From positions 1 to 41,537 of the forward strand of contig JBGCFM010000090.1 of NCBI GenBank assembly GCA_045106895.1: a stretch of DNA of 41,537 bases, read 5' to 3'. The notes under the pieces were generated by a model. The model saw nothing but the letters and a program-made list of their open reading frames with translations, had not been told where the DNA came from and ran no database searches. Within the stretch, counting starts at the first letter, position 1. Each line of letters opens with the position of its first letter. The position numbers and the translations under genes are program-made. Of this stretch, positions 19,282 to 28,009 are shown in pieces. This DNA comes from Polyangiales bacterium (GTDB taxonomy: Bacteria > Myxococcota_A > Polyangia > Polyangiales > Houyiibacteriaceae).

Positions 19282-21252
19282 ATGCGCTTGCTGTCCATTC
19301 TCATTCTTCTCTTGGCTGCCTGTGATCCGAGTACGCCCCCCAGCCCTGGTCGAGATGGGGGTCTCGTCGATGGCGCTCCGGACGACGACGCGGATACCGA
19401 TGGGGACAGCATCAGCGACGAACGCGAAGGAAGTCGTACGGGCGTCGACACGGATGGGGACGGCACCCCGGACTTCCGCGACACAGACTCCGATGGCGAC
19501 GGCATCGACGACGCGGATGAGGCAGGCGACAGTGACGTCACGACGCCGCCACGCGACTCGGACTTCGACGGGACCCCAGACTTCCAAGACACGGACTCCG
19601 ACGACAACACGATCCTCGATGAAGACGAAACGAACGTCGACTCGGACGGTGACGGGCTCCTCGACTTTCAAGACCCGGATGATGACAACGATGGGGTGAG
19701 CGACGCCGAAGAGCTTCGCGACCACGCCCCAGACATCGATTCCGATGGCGATGGTCTCGTCGACTTCAAGGACCCAGACCGCGACGACGACACGATCACC
19801 GACGGGCAAGAGCGTGACGCGGACACGGACGCCGATGATCTCCTCGACTGGATCGATCTGGACAGCGATGCGGACGGAATCCCGGACAGCGTCGAAGCCG
19901 GCGACGACGACCTCAACACGGTTCCCGTGGACACGGACATGGACATGATCCCGGACTTCCGCGACCCGGACTCCGACGACGACGGCCTCAGCGATCTCGA
20001 TGAGCTGACGCTGGGCACCAACCCGCTCAATGGCGATAGCGACGGCGACGGCATCAGCGACCTCATCGAGAGCGCCGCCGGCACGGACCCCTTGGACGGA
20101 GCCGTGAGCCCACGCACAGAAGGCAACTTCGTCTTCGTCGTGCCTTGGATGGAAGATCCGAACCCACCCGAAGACACGTTGGAGTTCAGCACGAGCATTC
20201 AGTTCGCAGACGTCTACTTCGTCTTCGACCGCTCCGGTTCGATGAGCGGAGAGATCAACGCCATGCGCGCCGCCGTCAACACCGTGCTGACGGACCTGAC
20301 ATGCATGGACTTCGGCGTCGCCTGCGCGGACGATGACGCTTGCGAGGCGGGTCAAATCTGCTCGCTTGAGGGCAGCTGTATTCAGGACCCAGCGATGAGC
20401 ACGTGCGTTCCAAGCATTTGGAGCGGCGCCGGTCAGTATGAGAGCAGCTACTCAAACCTTCTCTCCCTCCAGGGAGATTCCGCGGCGACGGGGACGGCCA
20501 TCGGTCGAGTTTCCACCGGCGGTAGCGATGAGGACTTCTTCGAAATGGCGACCTGCGTCGCGTCCGGCACCTGCGGCGGTGGATGCACGACGGCGAGCAG
20601 CATGCTCGGCTGTCCCGAGTTCCGCCCCGAAGCGGTTCGGTTGCTCGTGACCTTCACCGATGAGAACTCCGACGGGGGCACCCTCGCCGGCGCGGCCGGA
20701 GCGATGAACACCAGCGGCATCAAGTTCATTGGCGTCTGGAGCGGGAGCCCAGGGAGCGGCGCTCGCAACGACATGATCAACCTCGCGCGAGACACCGGCT
20801 CCCTCAGCGGCGCCGGCACCCCTCTCGTCTTCGAAGGCATGGACGCGGCCGTTTCTGGTGTCGTCACCACGGCCATCACGGAGGTCGTCCGAGGCGTGCC
20901 TTTGCGCGCAACCATCGAGGCGACGGAGCTTGAGGACGACGATGGCGACGCGCTTCGCTTCATCGATCGTCTCGTCGTCAACGTTGGCGGCGTCGGCGCA
21001 TGCACGCCGGTTGTGGACACCGAAGATACCAACATGGATGGCCTCGACGACGCGTTCTCGGCAGTCCTCCCTGGCACGAGCGTTTGCTGGGATGTCGTGC
21101 CGTTCCGTAACGACGATATCCAGGAGCCGTCCACGTCTCCCCTCGTCTACAAGGCGCTCCTCACGGTCTTCGGCGACGGCTCGCCCCTCGACGAACGCAC
21201 CGTGTTCTTCTTGGTGCCGCCTCGCGTTGAAGTTCCTCAGGGTCCTCAGTAG
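19282..21252 (+). CDS. Lipoprotein adhesin: thrombospondin type-3 (DxDxDG) Ca-binding repeats plus a beta-integrin-like VWA domain (CglD-like architecture)
   Basis: MRLLSILILLLAAC lipobox; many D(T/S)DGDG repeats; ADVYFVFDRSGSM (MIDAS DxSxS at 20227-20241) and LLVTFTDE; Cys-rich inserts. Confidence 0.85.
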   Translation: MRLLSILILLLAACDPSTPPSPGRDGGLVDGAPDDDADTDGDSISDEREGSRTGVDTDGDGTPDFRDTDSDGDGIDDADEAGDSDVTTPPRDSDFDGTPDFQDTDSDDNTILDEDETNVDSDGDGLLDFQDPDDDNDGVSDAEELRDHAPDIDSDGDGLVDFKDPDRDDDTITDGQERDADTDADDLLDWIDLDSDADGIPDSVEAGDDDLNTVPVDTDMDMIPDFRDPDSDDDGLSDLDELTLGTNPLNGDSDGDGISDLIESAAGTDPLDGAVSPRTEGNFVFVVPWMEDPNPPEDTLEFSTSIQFADVYFVFDRSGSMSGEINAMRAAVNTVLTDLTCMDFGVACADDDACEAGQICSLEGSCIQDPAMSTCVPSIWSGAGQYESSYSNLLSLQGDSAATGTAIGRVSTGGSDEDFFEMATCVASGTCGGGCTTASSMLGCPEFRPEAVRLLVTFTDENSDGGTLAGAAGAMNTSGIKFIGVWSGSPGSGARNDMINLARDTGSLSGAGTPLVFEGMDAAVSGVVTTAITEVVRGVPLRATIEATELEDDDGDALRFIDRLVVNVGGVGACTPVVDTEDTNMDGLDDAFSAVLPGTSVCWDVVPFRNDDIQEPSTSPLVYKALLTVFGDGSPLDERTVFFLVPPRVEVPQGPQ

Positions 21253-21331
21253 GACGCTTGTCGGGGAGTCTTCCCAGGGGTAGCGAATGGAGCGAGTGTT
21301 GGAGCGGCGAGCTGGCGGGCAAGGTCGCCTG

Positions 21332-22567
21332 ATGCGCTCGGTCTGGGTGTTGGTTTTGCTGGGGTGCGGATCGTCGGCGGAACCCGAGGAGAGAACGCCC
21401 TCGACGCCCTCGACGAGCCCGACCGCGGCGACGTCGCACATGACGTCCTCGCCGGAGATGGGCACGACGCCGCCGGCCCGCTCGGAAACTTCAGAGATGG
21501 CGCCGGAGACGACGTCATCGACTCCCGCCCCGGGCGTGCCCGATGTCGCGGAGCCAACGGAGGTTCCCGAGCCGCTTCGCGCGAGCCACGACCGGCTCGC
21601 GGCGCGCATCGAAGCAAACGCGAACGACGTGGCCTCCATCTGTGCCCTGGCCAGCGTCCTTCGCCGTGCCCAGATGTATGGCGCCGCGGGCGCGCAGCTC
21701 GACGACGCGTTTCGGATCGCGGGCGACATGACGCTCGACGTCGACCTCGCTCCCGGAACGCTCGAGGCGTGTTCGTACGAGCGCGGCCGCGTCGCTGAAG
21801 CGGAGCAAGACTGGCCGGCGGCGCGCGAGAGCTATTGGCTTGCGATGACAACGCCCAATGAACGCCGCAGGCAAATCGCCTCGGAGGCGTTCTTTCGCGT
21901 GGCCAAGAGCGAGCTCGAAGTGAGCTGCGACTCGATGAGCAAGATCGGACTGCGGGCGCTCGTGAGCTTGAAGGATGATCCCGTGTTTCGTCGATGTCTG
22001 CGTCAGCGTGAACAGCTCGAGCCGACCTGCGAGATCCTGCGGCTCGACGACCACCGTCACCCGGGTACGCGCGCCGACAACTTCGACGAGTACGCAACGG
22101 TGGGCGAGGACGGCGCTGCCTTCGGCATCATCGACGATGAGCTCCACGTGATCAGCGTGATCCGAGGCCGCAAACAGGTCCGGCTTTGCGACTTCGACCT
22201 GCCCGACGACTCGCGATTTGGGTATCCGCGAATCTTAGGGCTTGGGGACACCACACTCTTCTATGTCTCGACCACCAGCGTGACCAGCTACACGTGCGAA
22301 TGTGAAGACGGCGAAGAGGGCTATCCCGGCAGCCCCGGAGATTGCCGTTGCGAAGACGCATTCGACATTCGCTATGTGTTCACCGACCGCGGAGAGCTAC
22401 GCCTCGCGCTCATCGGTGACTACAGCACTCTCGACGGGATGGTCGGAGTGACTTGGGACGCGTCGCACATCCGCGCGTCGATCCCGGGGCCAAGCGTCGA
22501 CGGAGAAACGTTGATTTTGGGCCGTCGCTTGCGGCTTCGCTCGCACGTGCTCGTTCCGGCCGAGTGA
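21332..22567 (+). CDS. Hypothetical lipoprotein with an S/T/P linker, TPR-like helices and a Cys-rich C-domain
   Basis: ATG at 21332 gives MRSVWVLVLLGC; TPR-like ACSYERGRVAEAEQDWPAARESYWLA. The start could instead be 21287. Confidence 0.7.
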   Translation: MRSVWVLVLLGCGSSAEPEERTPSTPSTSPTAATSHMTSSPEMGTTPPARSETSEMAPETTSSTPAPGVPDVAEPTEVPEPLRASHDRLAARIEANANDVASICALASVLRRAQMYGAAGAQLDDAFRIAGDMTLDVDLAPGTLEACSYERGRVAEAEQDWPAARESYWLAMTTPNERRRQIASEAFFRVAKSELEVSCDSMSKIGLRALVSLKDDPVFRRCLRQREQLEPTCEILRLDDHRHPGTRADNFDEYATVGEDGAAFGIIDDELHVISVIRGRKQVRLCDFDLPDDSRFGYPRILGLGDTTLFYVSTTSVTSYTCECEDGEEGYPGSPGDCRCEDAFDIRYVFTDRGELRLALIGDYSTLDGMVGVTWDASHIRASIPGPSVDGETLILGRRLRLRSHVLVPAE

Positions 22568-22598
22568 ATATCACCGAGGGTCGCGGCCGCGTGCGGCG

Positions 22599-22638
22599 GC
22601 CGACTGCGGAACTCGCCTGAGCCGACTGCAGAACTCGC
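22599..22638. repeat. Direct repeat, 2 x 18 bp with 22-bp period; candidate enhancer-binding site
   Basis: GCCGACTGCGGAACTCGC (22599-22616) and GCCGACTGCAGAACTCGC (22621-22638), one mismatch. Confidence 0.8.
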
Positions 22639-22682
22639 ACATGCCGTGCAAGTTCTCCGCATCTGCACCGTTGATTTACGGG

Positions 22683-22698
22683 TGGCACACTCTCTGCT
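22683..22698 (+). promoter_or_regulatory. Putative sigma54 (-24/-12) promoter
   Basis: TGGCAC-ACTCT-CTGCT against the consensus TGGCAC-N5-TTGCW, with exact GG-N10-GC spacing, just upstream of cotH. Confidence 0.65.
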
Positions 22699-22711
22699 CT
22701 GAATAGACCTG

Positions 22712-24124
22712 ATGACGTACCTTCGACTTTCCCTCGCTTCGCTCTTTCTCCTCGCATGTGGTGATGATGCCCTCCCCCTTGAGGACGCAGGTTTCGCCAC
22801 CGACGTCCAAGTGGATGCCCCGGCCAGCGATGCAGGCATGGACGCCGCCTCCGCGGATGCCTCCGTGGACAGCGGAGAGCCGGACGCCGGACCCATCGAC
22901 CGAGAGAACCCGAGCTGGACGGAAGCGAGCCACGGCAACGTGGACCCGAACTACGATGTGGTCTTCGGCGACGGCGCCCTCCACCGCATCGACCTTGAGA
23001 TCAGCGCTGACAACTGGGCCGCCATGCAGGCGGACCTCAGCGAGATCCTTGGCAGTGGCGGCGGTAGGCCCGGCATGGGAGCCACTCTCGACGAGACGCC
23101 GGTGTGGACGGAAGCGACCCTCACTTTCGACGGTGCCGCCTGGAACCACGTAGGCATTCGCTACAAGGGCAACTCCAGCCTTCAGTCCGCGGCGCGGGGT
23201 GGCGGCAAGTACCCGTTCAAGCTCGACTTCGACGAATGGGAAGACACCTACCCCGCCGTGGACAACCAGCGCTTCTTCGGCTTCAAGCAGCTGAATCTCT
23301 CCAGCAACTTCAACGACTCATCCTTCATGCGCGAGAAGGTCGCGAGCGACCTTTTCCTGGCCTTTGGTGTTCCCGCGGCGCGGACGGCATTCTGCGAGGT
23401 CTACCTCGACCGTGGAGCGGGACCCGAGTTCATGGGCGTTTACACGCTCGTCGAAGAGATCGACGACACCGCCTACGAGACTCTATTCGTGAGCGACGAA
23501 GGCAACCTCTACAAGCCCGATGGTGATGCAGCGAGCTTTGCCCTCGGCACCTACGACGAATCCGAGATGGACCTCAAGACCAACGAAGAGGAAGCGGACT
23601 ACTCCGACGTTCGCGCTCTCTATGACGTTCTTCACGATGCGCAGCGCACCGAAGACGAAGCCGCCTGGACCGCGGCCCTCGAAGCGGTCTTCGATGTGGA
23701 TGGGTTCTTGCGCTACCTCGCCGTCAATCAAGTCATTCAGAACTGGGACACCTACGGCCAGATGACCCACAACTACTTCCTCTACCAAGACGAAGGAACG
23801 CTCCACTGGATCGCATGGGACAACAACGAATCGCTGACATCCAGCCGGCGAACGCCGCTAAGCCTGAGCCTGAGCGAAGTGAGCGACAACTGGCCGATCA
23901 TCCGTTACCTCATCGATGTCGACGCTTACCGCGCTCGATACGAAGAGCTTATGGGCGAGTTCGTCATGGCGCATTTCAACACCACGAATATGAACGCCAT
24001 CTATGACGCCCACGAAGAGACTCTGATGGAAGTGGCGTCTCGCGAGACCACCCAGTTTACCCGCGCCGTCGAAGAGCTGCGCTCACACGCAGCGTCCCGC
24101 CAATCCCTCGTCGAATCGCTCTAG
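22712..24124 (+). CDS. CotH kinase-family lipoprotein
   Basis: LFLLAC lipobox; VGIRYKGNSS, KYPFKLDFD, FMREK, GVYTLVEEID, NWDTY, HNYFLY and WIAWDNNES motifs. Confidence 0.92.
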   Translation: MTYLRLSLASLFLLACGDDALPLEDAGFATDVQVDAPASDAGMDAASADASVDSGEPDAGPIDRENPSWTEASHGNVDPNYDVVFGDGALHRIDLEISADNWAAMQADLSEILGSGGGRPGMGATLDETPVWTEATLTFDGAAWNHVGIRYKGNSSLQSAARGGGKYPFKLDFDEWEDTYPAVDNQRFFGFKQLNLSSNFNDSSFMREKVASDLFLAFGVPAARTAFCEVYLDRGAGPEFMGVYTLVEEIDDTAYETLFVSDEGNLYKPDGDAASFALGTYDESEMDLKTNEEEADYSDVRALYDVLHDAQRTEDEAAWTAALEAVFDVDGFLRYLAVNQVIQNWDTYGQMTHNYFLYQDEGTLHWIAWDNNESLTSSRRTPLSLSLSEVSDNWPIIRYLIDVDAYRARYEELMGEFVMAHFNTTNMNAIYDAHEETLMEVASRETTQFTRAVEELRSHAASRQSLVESL

Positions 24125-24221
24125 AAGCACAGAAAACGACGGATCTCGTCCCCCCAATGTGGGTATCGTTTTGAGGCGAGTTCGCGTAGTCTCCGCTCGA
24201 CCATCATGGAAGGGTTGTTGA

Positions 24222-25421
24222 ATGGATGAGCAGATTCATGGGCTTTCAATGCGCGACTGCGCAGAGATCATGTCGAAAGACGGCGAGCTAAAGGCCCAGT
24301 ACGGAGAGCCGGCCTACAAGCCTCATTTCCATCAATACCTCGCCGGGCGCGGGGTCGATGAGAACACCTGGGCTCACTCTTGGAACGGCTGGTGGACGCG
24401 CATGCAGGCGGACCCAAGCGGTCAGCTTCACGCCAAGTTCGCCACGATGCAGCAAGAGCTGACCATGAAGGCTCATATGGCCGACGTGCCGGACGCCGGC
24501 GCGCTCGAAGGCGTGAGTCTCGACCAATACGCGAAGGTCATGGCGAAGATCGCCGGCGGGGAAGATGCCAACGCGATCCTCGCCGCCGAAGGTCTCCCCA
24601 TGGACCAGTGGCAGCGCGCCCAGGCCGCGTGGAACGCCGCGATGGCCGCGGACACCGACCACCACATCACGACGCAGTACGGGATGCTCTACGCGAAGCA
24701 CACTCCAGGCCATCAAGCCGCCATGGAAGCCCAGACCGCGGCGATCATGGCGCAGGACCACGCCGAGCGCGCGGCGGGGCGCCCCGATGAGCCAGAGGTG
24801 GAGTACACCTTCGAAGATATGGTCCGAGAGATGGAAGACCCGACGCCGAACAAGCGCTGGGATGCTGCCCATCACGTGTGCAACCGCTGGGACATCGGCG
24901 ACCATTCAGATCCCGCCCTCGATGCCGCTGCGCGCCGTGCATACACCCTGCTCAACGAGTGCCTCGAGCGTCACAATGAGTTCACCCTCAGCAACGCCGA
25001 GTCCGCGGGCAAAGACCTGATGATGTTCGCTTCCGAGGGCTTCTTGACGCCGGAGCAAGCTGCGGAGTCGAAGGGCAACATGGAACGTTGCCTGAATAGA
25101 GCGCGGGAAGGCTTGGCCACCGCCGAAGCCGCTTTCGCGCCCATCGCTGACAAAGCTGTGCCGGAGCGCGTGCGCATGCAGTCGCAGATTCAAGACTACC
25201 GCAGCCTCGTCGAAGAGATGAGCGAGTGGGTCGCCGAGTGGGACAGCAACTACGAGGCCCCAAGCAGCCCCAGTCAAACCGGTGGCGTTGAAGCCGCAGC
25301 GAGCATGGCCAGCAGCAGCGGCAGCTCGGCGATTCAGACGAACAGCGGCGGCGGCGGCTTCCTCGATATCCTCAAGAAGATCCCCATCATCGGAAACATT
25401 ATTCGTCTCCTAGGCCTCTAG
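24222..25421 (+). CDS. Hypothetical protein with two DUF6620-like repeats, a helical domain and a C-terminal amphipathic helix
   Basis: Long ORF with strong GC3 bias; internal repeat IHGLSMRDCA..W...W...MQAD / LEGVSLDQYA..W...W...MAAD. The family name is from memory. Confidence 0.7.
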   Translation: MDEQIHGLSMRDCAEIMSKDGELKAQYGEPAYKPHFHQYLAGRGVDENTWAHSWNGWWTRMQADPSGQLHAKFATMQQELTMKAHMADVPDAGALEGVSLDQYAKVMAKIAGGEDANAILAAEGLPMDQWQRAQAAWNAAMAADTDHHITTQYGMLYAKHTPGHQAAMEAQTAAIMAQDHAERAAGRPDEPEVEYTFEDMVREMEDPTPNKRWDAAHHVCNRWDIGDHSDPALDAAARRAYTLLNECLERHNEFTLSNAESAGKDLMMFASEGFLTPEQAAESKGNMERCLNRAREGLATAEAAFAPIADKAVPERVRMQSQIQDYRSLVEEMSEWVAEWDSNYEAPSSPSQTGGVEAAASMASSSGSSAIQTNSGGGGFLDILKKIPIIGNIIRLLGL

Positions 25422-25432
25422 GTCTCTCGACC

Positions 25433-26146
25433 TTGACGGACTCTTCTCCACCTTCACGTCGCGCCGCGGACCCATCGGCTCCGCGGCGTGATGCGTTTGC
25501 CACGCTCTTCTTTCCGCTCTTTGCCCTCGTCGGCATCGCGGCGACGGTCTCGCGCTTCGACGAAGTCATGGCGCGTGTGCCTGAGCTCTTCATCGATCTG
25601 ATCCTCTTCGTTCAGGTGCCTCTCCTCTGTGTGGCGGGGTTGCTGGAGGTTCGTGCGCGCGGAGTCAAAAAGGACAGCGGGCCTGACCTCCCAGAGTGGA
25701 TGAAAATGCAGGGGCGCTGGAAGAAGGCAGCCTTTACATTCTCGTTCACGGCGCTGGCCATCGCCGCCCTCCAGGTCCTCGACGTCGAACTCGGACCCGC
25801 AGACCCCTCGCCGCCGCCGGAGTGGGAGCTCTCAAAACGCGCGCAGTATTTCGCCATGACGGCGTTTGGCATGGGCATGGTCAACTACATGGCCGCCGTC
25901 GACATGCTTCTCCCGCCCCTGCGTTTTCTCGCGAAGCCTTTTCGCACCGGCGTTTTATGGGCGACGGTGCCTTTCATGCTTCTTATTGGCGCGGGAATCG
26001 CCGCCGGCTTCGTCTACGTTGTGGAGATTCCCGTCGTCAGCGATGGCATCGCTCAGCTCACCACGTGGATGGAAGAGCCTTATGTGGTCATCGGCATGAT
26101 CGTCGGCCCGATTCTTCTCGCCCAGATGATGCCTTCGAAAGACTGA
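25433..26146 (+). CDS. Hypothetical integral membrane protein (about 6 TM)
   Basis: TTG start 11 nt after the previous stop; multiple hydrophobic helices. Confidence 0.7.
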   Translation: MTDSSPPSRRAADPSAPRRDAFATLFFPLFALVGIAATVSRFDEVMARVPELFIDLILFVQVPLLCVAGLLEVRARGVKKDSGPDLPEWMKMQGRWKKAAFTFSFTALAIAALQVLDVELGPADPSPPPEWELSKRAQYFAMTAFGMGMVNYMAAVDMLLPPLRFLAKPFRTGVLWATVPFMLLIGAGIAAGFVYVVEIPVVSDGIAQLTTWMEEPYVVIGMIVGPILLAQMMPSKD

Positions 26147-26216
26147 GCGCCATCTCGCTACGCCCCATAGTTGCCGGTTGCGTCCCGTGCGCAATTCATA
26201 GAAGAGTGAGTTAGCC

Positions 26217-28007
26217 ATGGCGAGGGACAAACGAGATGTGCTGCGTGCAGCCACGGCGGCACTCGACGGCCACCGCGCCGCGGACGGCTTGGGGCACCTC
26301 TGGGAGCTCGTCGATCATCCACATCTTGGCGACGCTGACTTCGCCGCAGCGCTCCGGCTCATGGCGCGTGCCTACGCCATGCTCAACATGGGACGCGCGA
26401 CGGCGACGATCCTTCTGTACCTGCGGGACTACCAGGGTGCGTGGCGCGCCAGCGAAGACCCACGCGACCGCGCTCGTGTTCGCATCGCCCAAGGGCAGCT
26501 CGTCGAAGCCGCCAAACTCTACGGCGAGGCTGGTTGGTTCGGGCACGCGGCGATCCTCTTGGAAGACGCCGGCGAAGTTCGAAACGCGCGCGTTCTGTGG
26601 GAACGCCTCGCGGACGACCCACGTCTGGGCGGCGACCCCTACGTGCACGGTCTCGTACGCTTCAACTTGGGCCGCGCTTGCACGGCCCTCGATGACCTCA
26701 CGGCAGCTCGCCGCGCCACCGTTCGCAGCATGCATCTCCTCGAGGCTGCGGCGGACGGTTACGAAGCCGCGGGGCTTCGAGAGCGAGCCTTCGACTGCTA
26801 CCAGATCTTGCTGACGCTCGGTAAGTCCGGGGCCTTTGAGAACCTCGCCGAGGGCTACATCAACTGCATTCGTGTGCTCACGGAGGACAACCTCAAGTAC
26901 TACGTGCTGCAGTACTACGAAGACTTCCAAGCCCTGGCTCTCGCGCGCCAGGAGTTTCACGCAGCGGCCACGCTCTTTCGCGAAGCCGCGCAGTTCTGCC
27001 GTCGACACGACCTTCCCTACGAGCGCCACTACCAACAGAAGGCCGCGGAAACGCAGGTGCTCTCGGCGCGTAAGCTCCTCGTCGATGGAACCCCGGAGAT
27101 GGCGGAGAACGCCTTCGCTTCCGCCATCGACCTCTTCAACGACCTGGGCCTCTACTCGGAGATTCGCTCCGTTTACGGCGAGCTGAGCGCCATCGATCTC
27201 GGCGAGAAACGTCAGGCACGTTACGCACGGCTTCAGGCGCGCCTCGCGGACGAAGTCGACGACAATATCGCCTCGATTCCTTTCCCCGACTACCTCCGGA
27301 TGGACACGGCCTACCCTGAGATTTGGCGCCTCGACGTCATCGAGTGGGAGCAACACGGAGACGCCGCCGAGACCATGGGTGAGGTGCTCCTCGACCCCAA
27401 GTGGCCGGACTTCACCCGTCGCCGCGCGCTCTTGTGCCGGCTGCATCAACTCGGAAGCGGAGGCAGCGAAGACCAAGGTTACCGCTCGCCGGAGGTCCTC
27501 GCGGGACTGGCCCAGCGGCTTGGGCGCGTCGAGATCTACACGGCCCTCGCGCCTCTTGAGAAGCTCCTCCATCACGAAGAGGTCGGCGTTCGCGCGGCGG
27601 TCCTCGAAGCCGCCAGGCAGCTCTTTTTCAAGCGCACCTTTGGCATCATCATGCGCGGACTCGACGACGAAGCGCCGGCGGTTCGGCGCCAGGCCCTCGA
27701 AGCGGTTCACCAGCTTCACTTCGGCCACGCCTTCGATCCACTTCAGCGCATCTACCGAAGCAGCACCGACGAACAGGTGCGCGCCGCGGCCCTCAACTCC
27801 ATCGGCCGCATTCCAAGCCTCGAAGCCGTTGAGATGCTCATCGACGCCATGCGCCAAGGAACGCCGAAGGAGCGCGCTCAGGTTCGCGGCTTGCTTGTTC
27901 GCGCCGAACACACGGACGTGGTCAGTCTATTGCAGCGCGCTGAACGCGCCGAGTCGGGGACCACAAAGGAAGCCATCCGAGCCGTGCTCGCAGCCCGCGG
28001 ACGTTAG
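26217..28007 (+). CDS. Alpha-solenoid protein: TPR/SNAP-like repeats plus C-terminal HEAT (PBS-lyase-like) repeats
   Basis: AAKLYGEAG, AADGYEAAG and AATLFREAA repeats; VRAAVLEAA, VRRQALEAV and VRAAALNSIGRI HEAT repeats. Confidence 0.8.
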   Translation: MARDKRDVLRAATAALDGHRAADGLGHLWELVDHPHLGDADFAAALRLMARAYAMLNMGRATATILLYLRDYQGAWRASEDPRDRARVRIAQGQLVEAAKLYGEAGWFGHAAILLEDAGEVRNARVLWERLADDPRLGGDPYVHGLVRFNLGRACTALDDLTAARRATVRSMHLLEAAADGYEAAGLRERAFDCYQILLTLGKSGAFENLAEGYINCIRVLTEDNLKYYVLQYYEDFQALALARQEFHAAATLFREAAQFCRRHDLPYERHYQQKAAETQVLSARKLLVDGTPEMAENAFASAIDLFNDLGLYSEIRSVYGELSAIDLGEKRQARYARLQARLADEVDDNIASIPFPDYLRMDTAYPEIWRLDVIEWEQHGDAAETMGEVLLDPKWPDFTRRRALLCRLHQLGSGGSEDQGYRSPEVLAGLAQRLGRVEIYTALAPLEKLLHHEEVGVRAAVLEAARQLFFKRTFGIIMRGLDDEAPAVRRQALEAVHQLHFGHAFDPLQRIYRSSTDEQVRAAALNSIGRIPSLEAVEMLIDAMRQGTPKERAQVRGLLVRAEHTDVVSLLQRAERAESGTTKEAIRAVLAARGR

Positions 28008-28009
28008 CC

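Noticed and set aside
17103..19610. 835-aa minus-strand ORF
   Set aside because: Lies antisense to three well-supported plus-strand genes; no motifs. Long stop-free shadow frames are expected at high GC.
19380..20100. Dense GAC-rich DNA repeats as a possible non-coding array
   Set aside because: Fully explained by in-frame DxDxDG thrombospondin-type repeats with synonymous variation.
24131..24172. Short nested hairpins after cotH resembling a small structured RNA or tRNA
   Set aside because: Stems are only 3-7 bp and mutually overlapping; no T-loop or anticodon arm; no U-tract terminator.
26211..27911. 566-aa minus-strand ORF
   Set aside because: Mirror frame of the TPR/HEAT gene, with typical shadow composition (V/E/H/L/R-rich).
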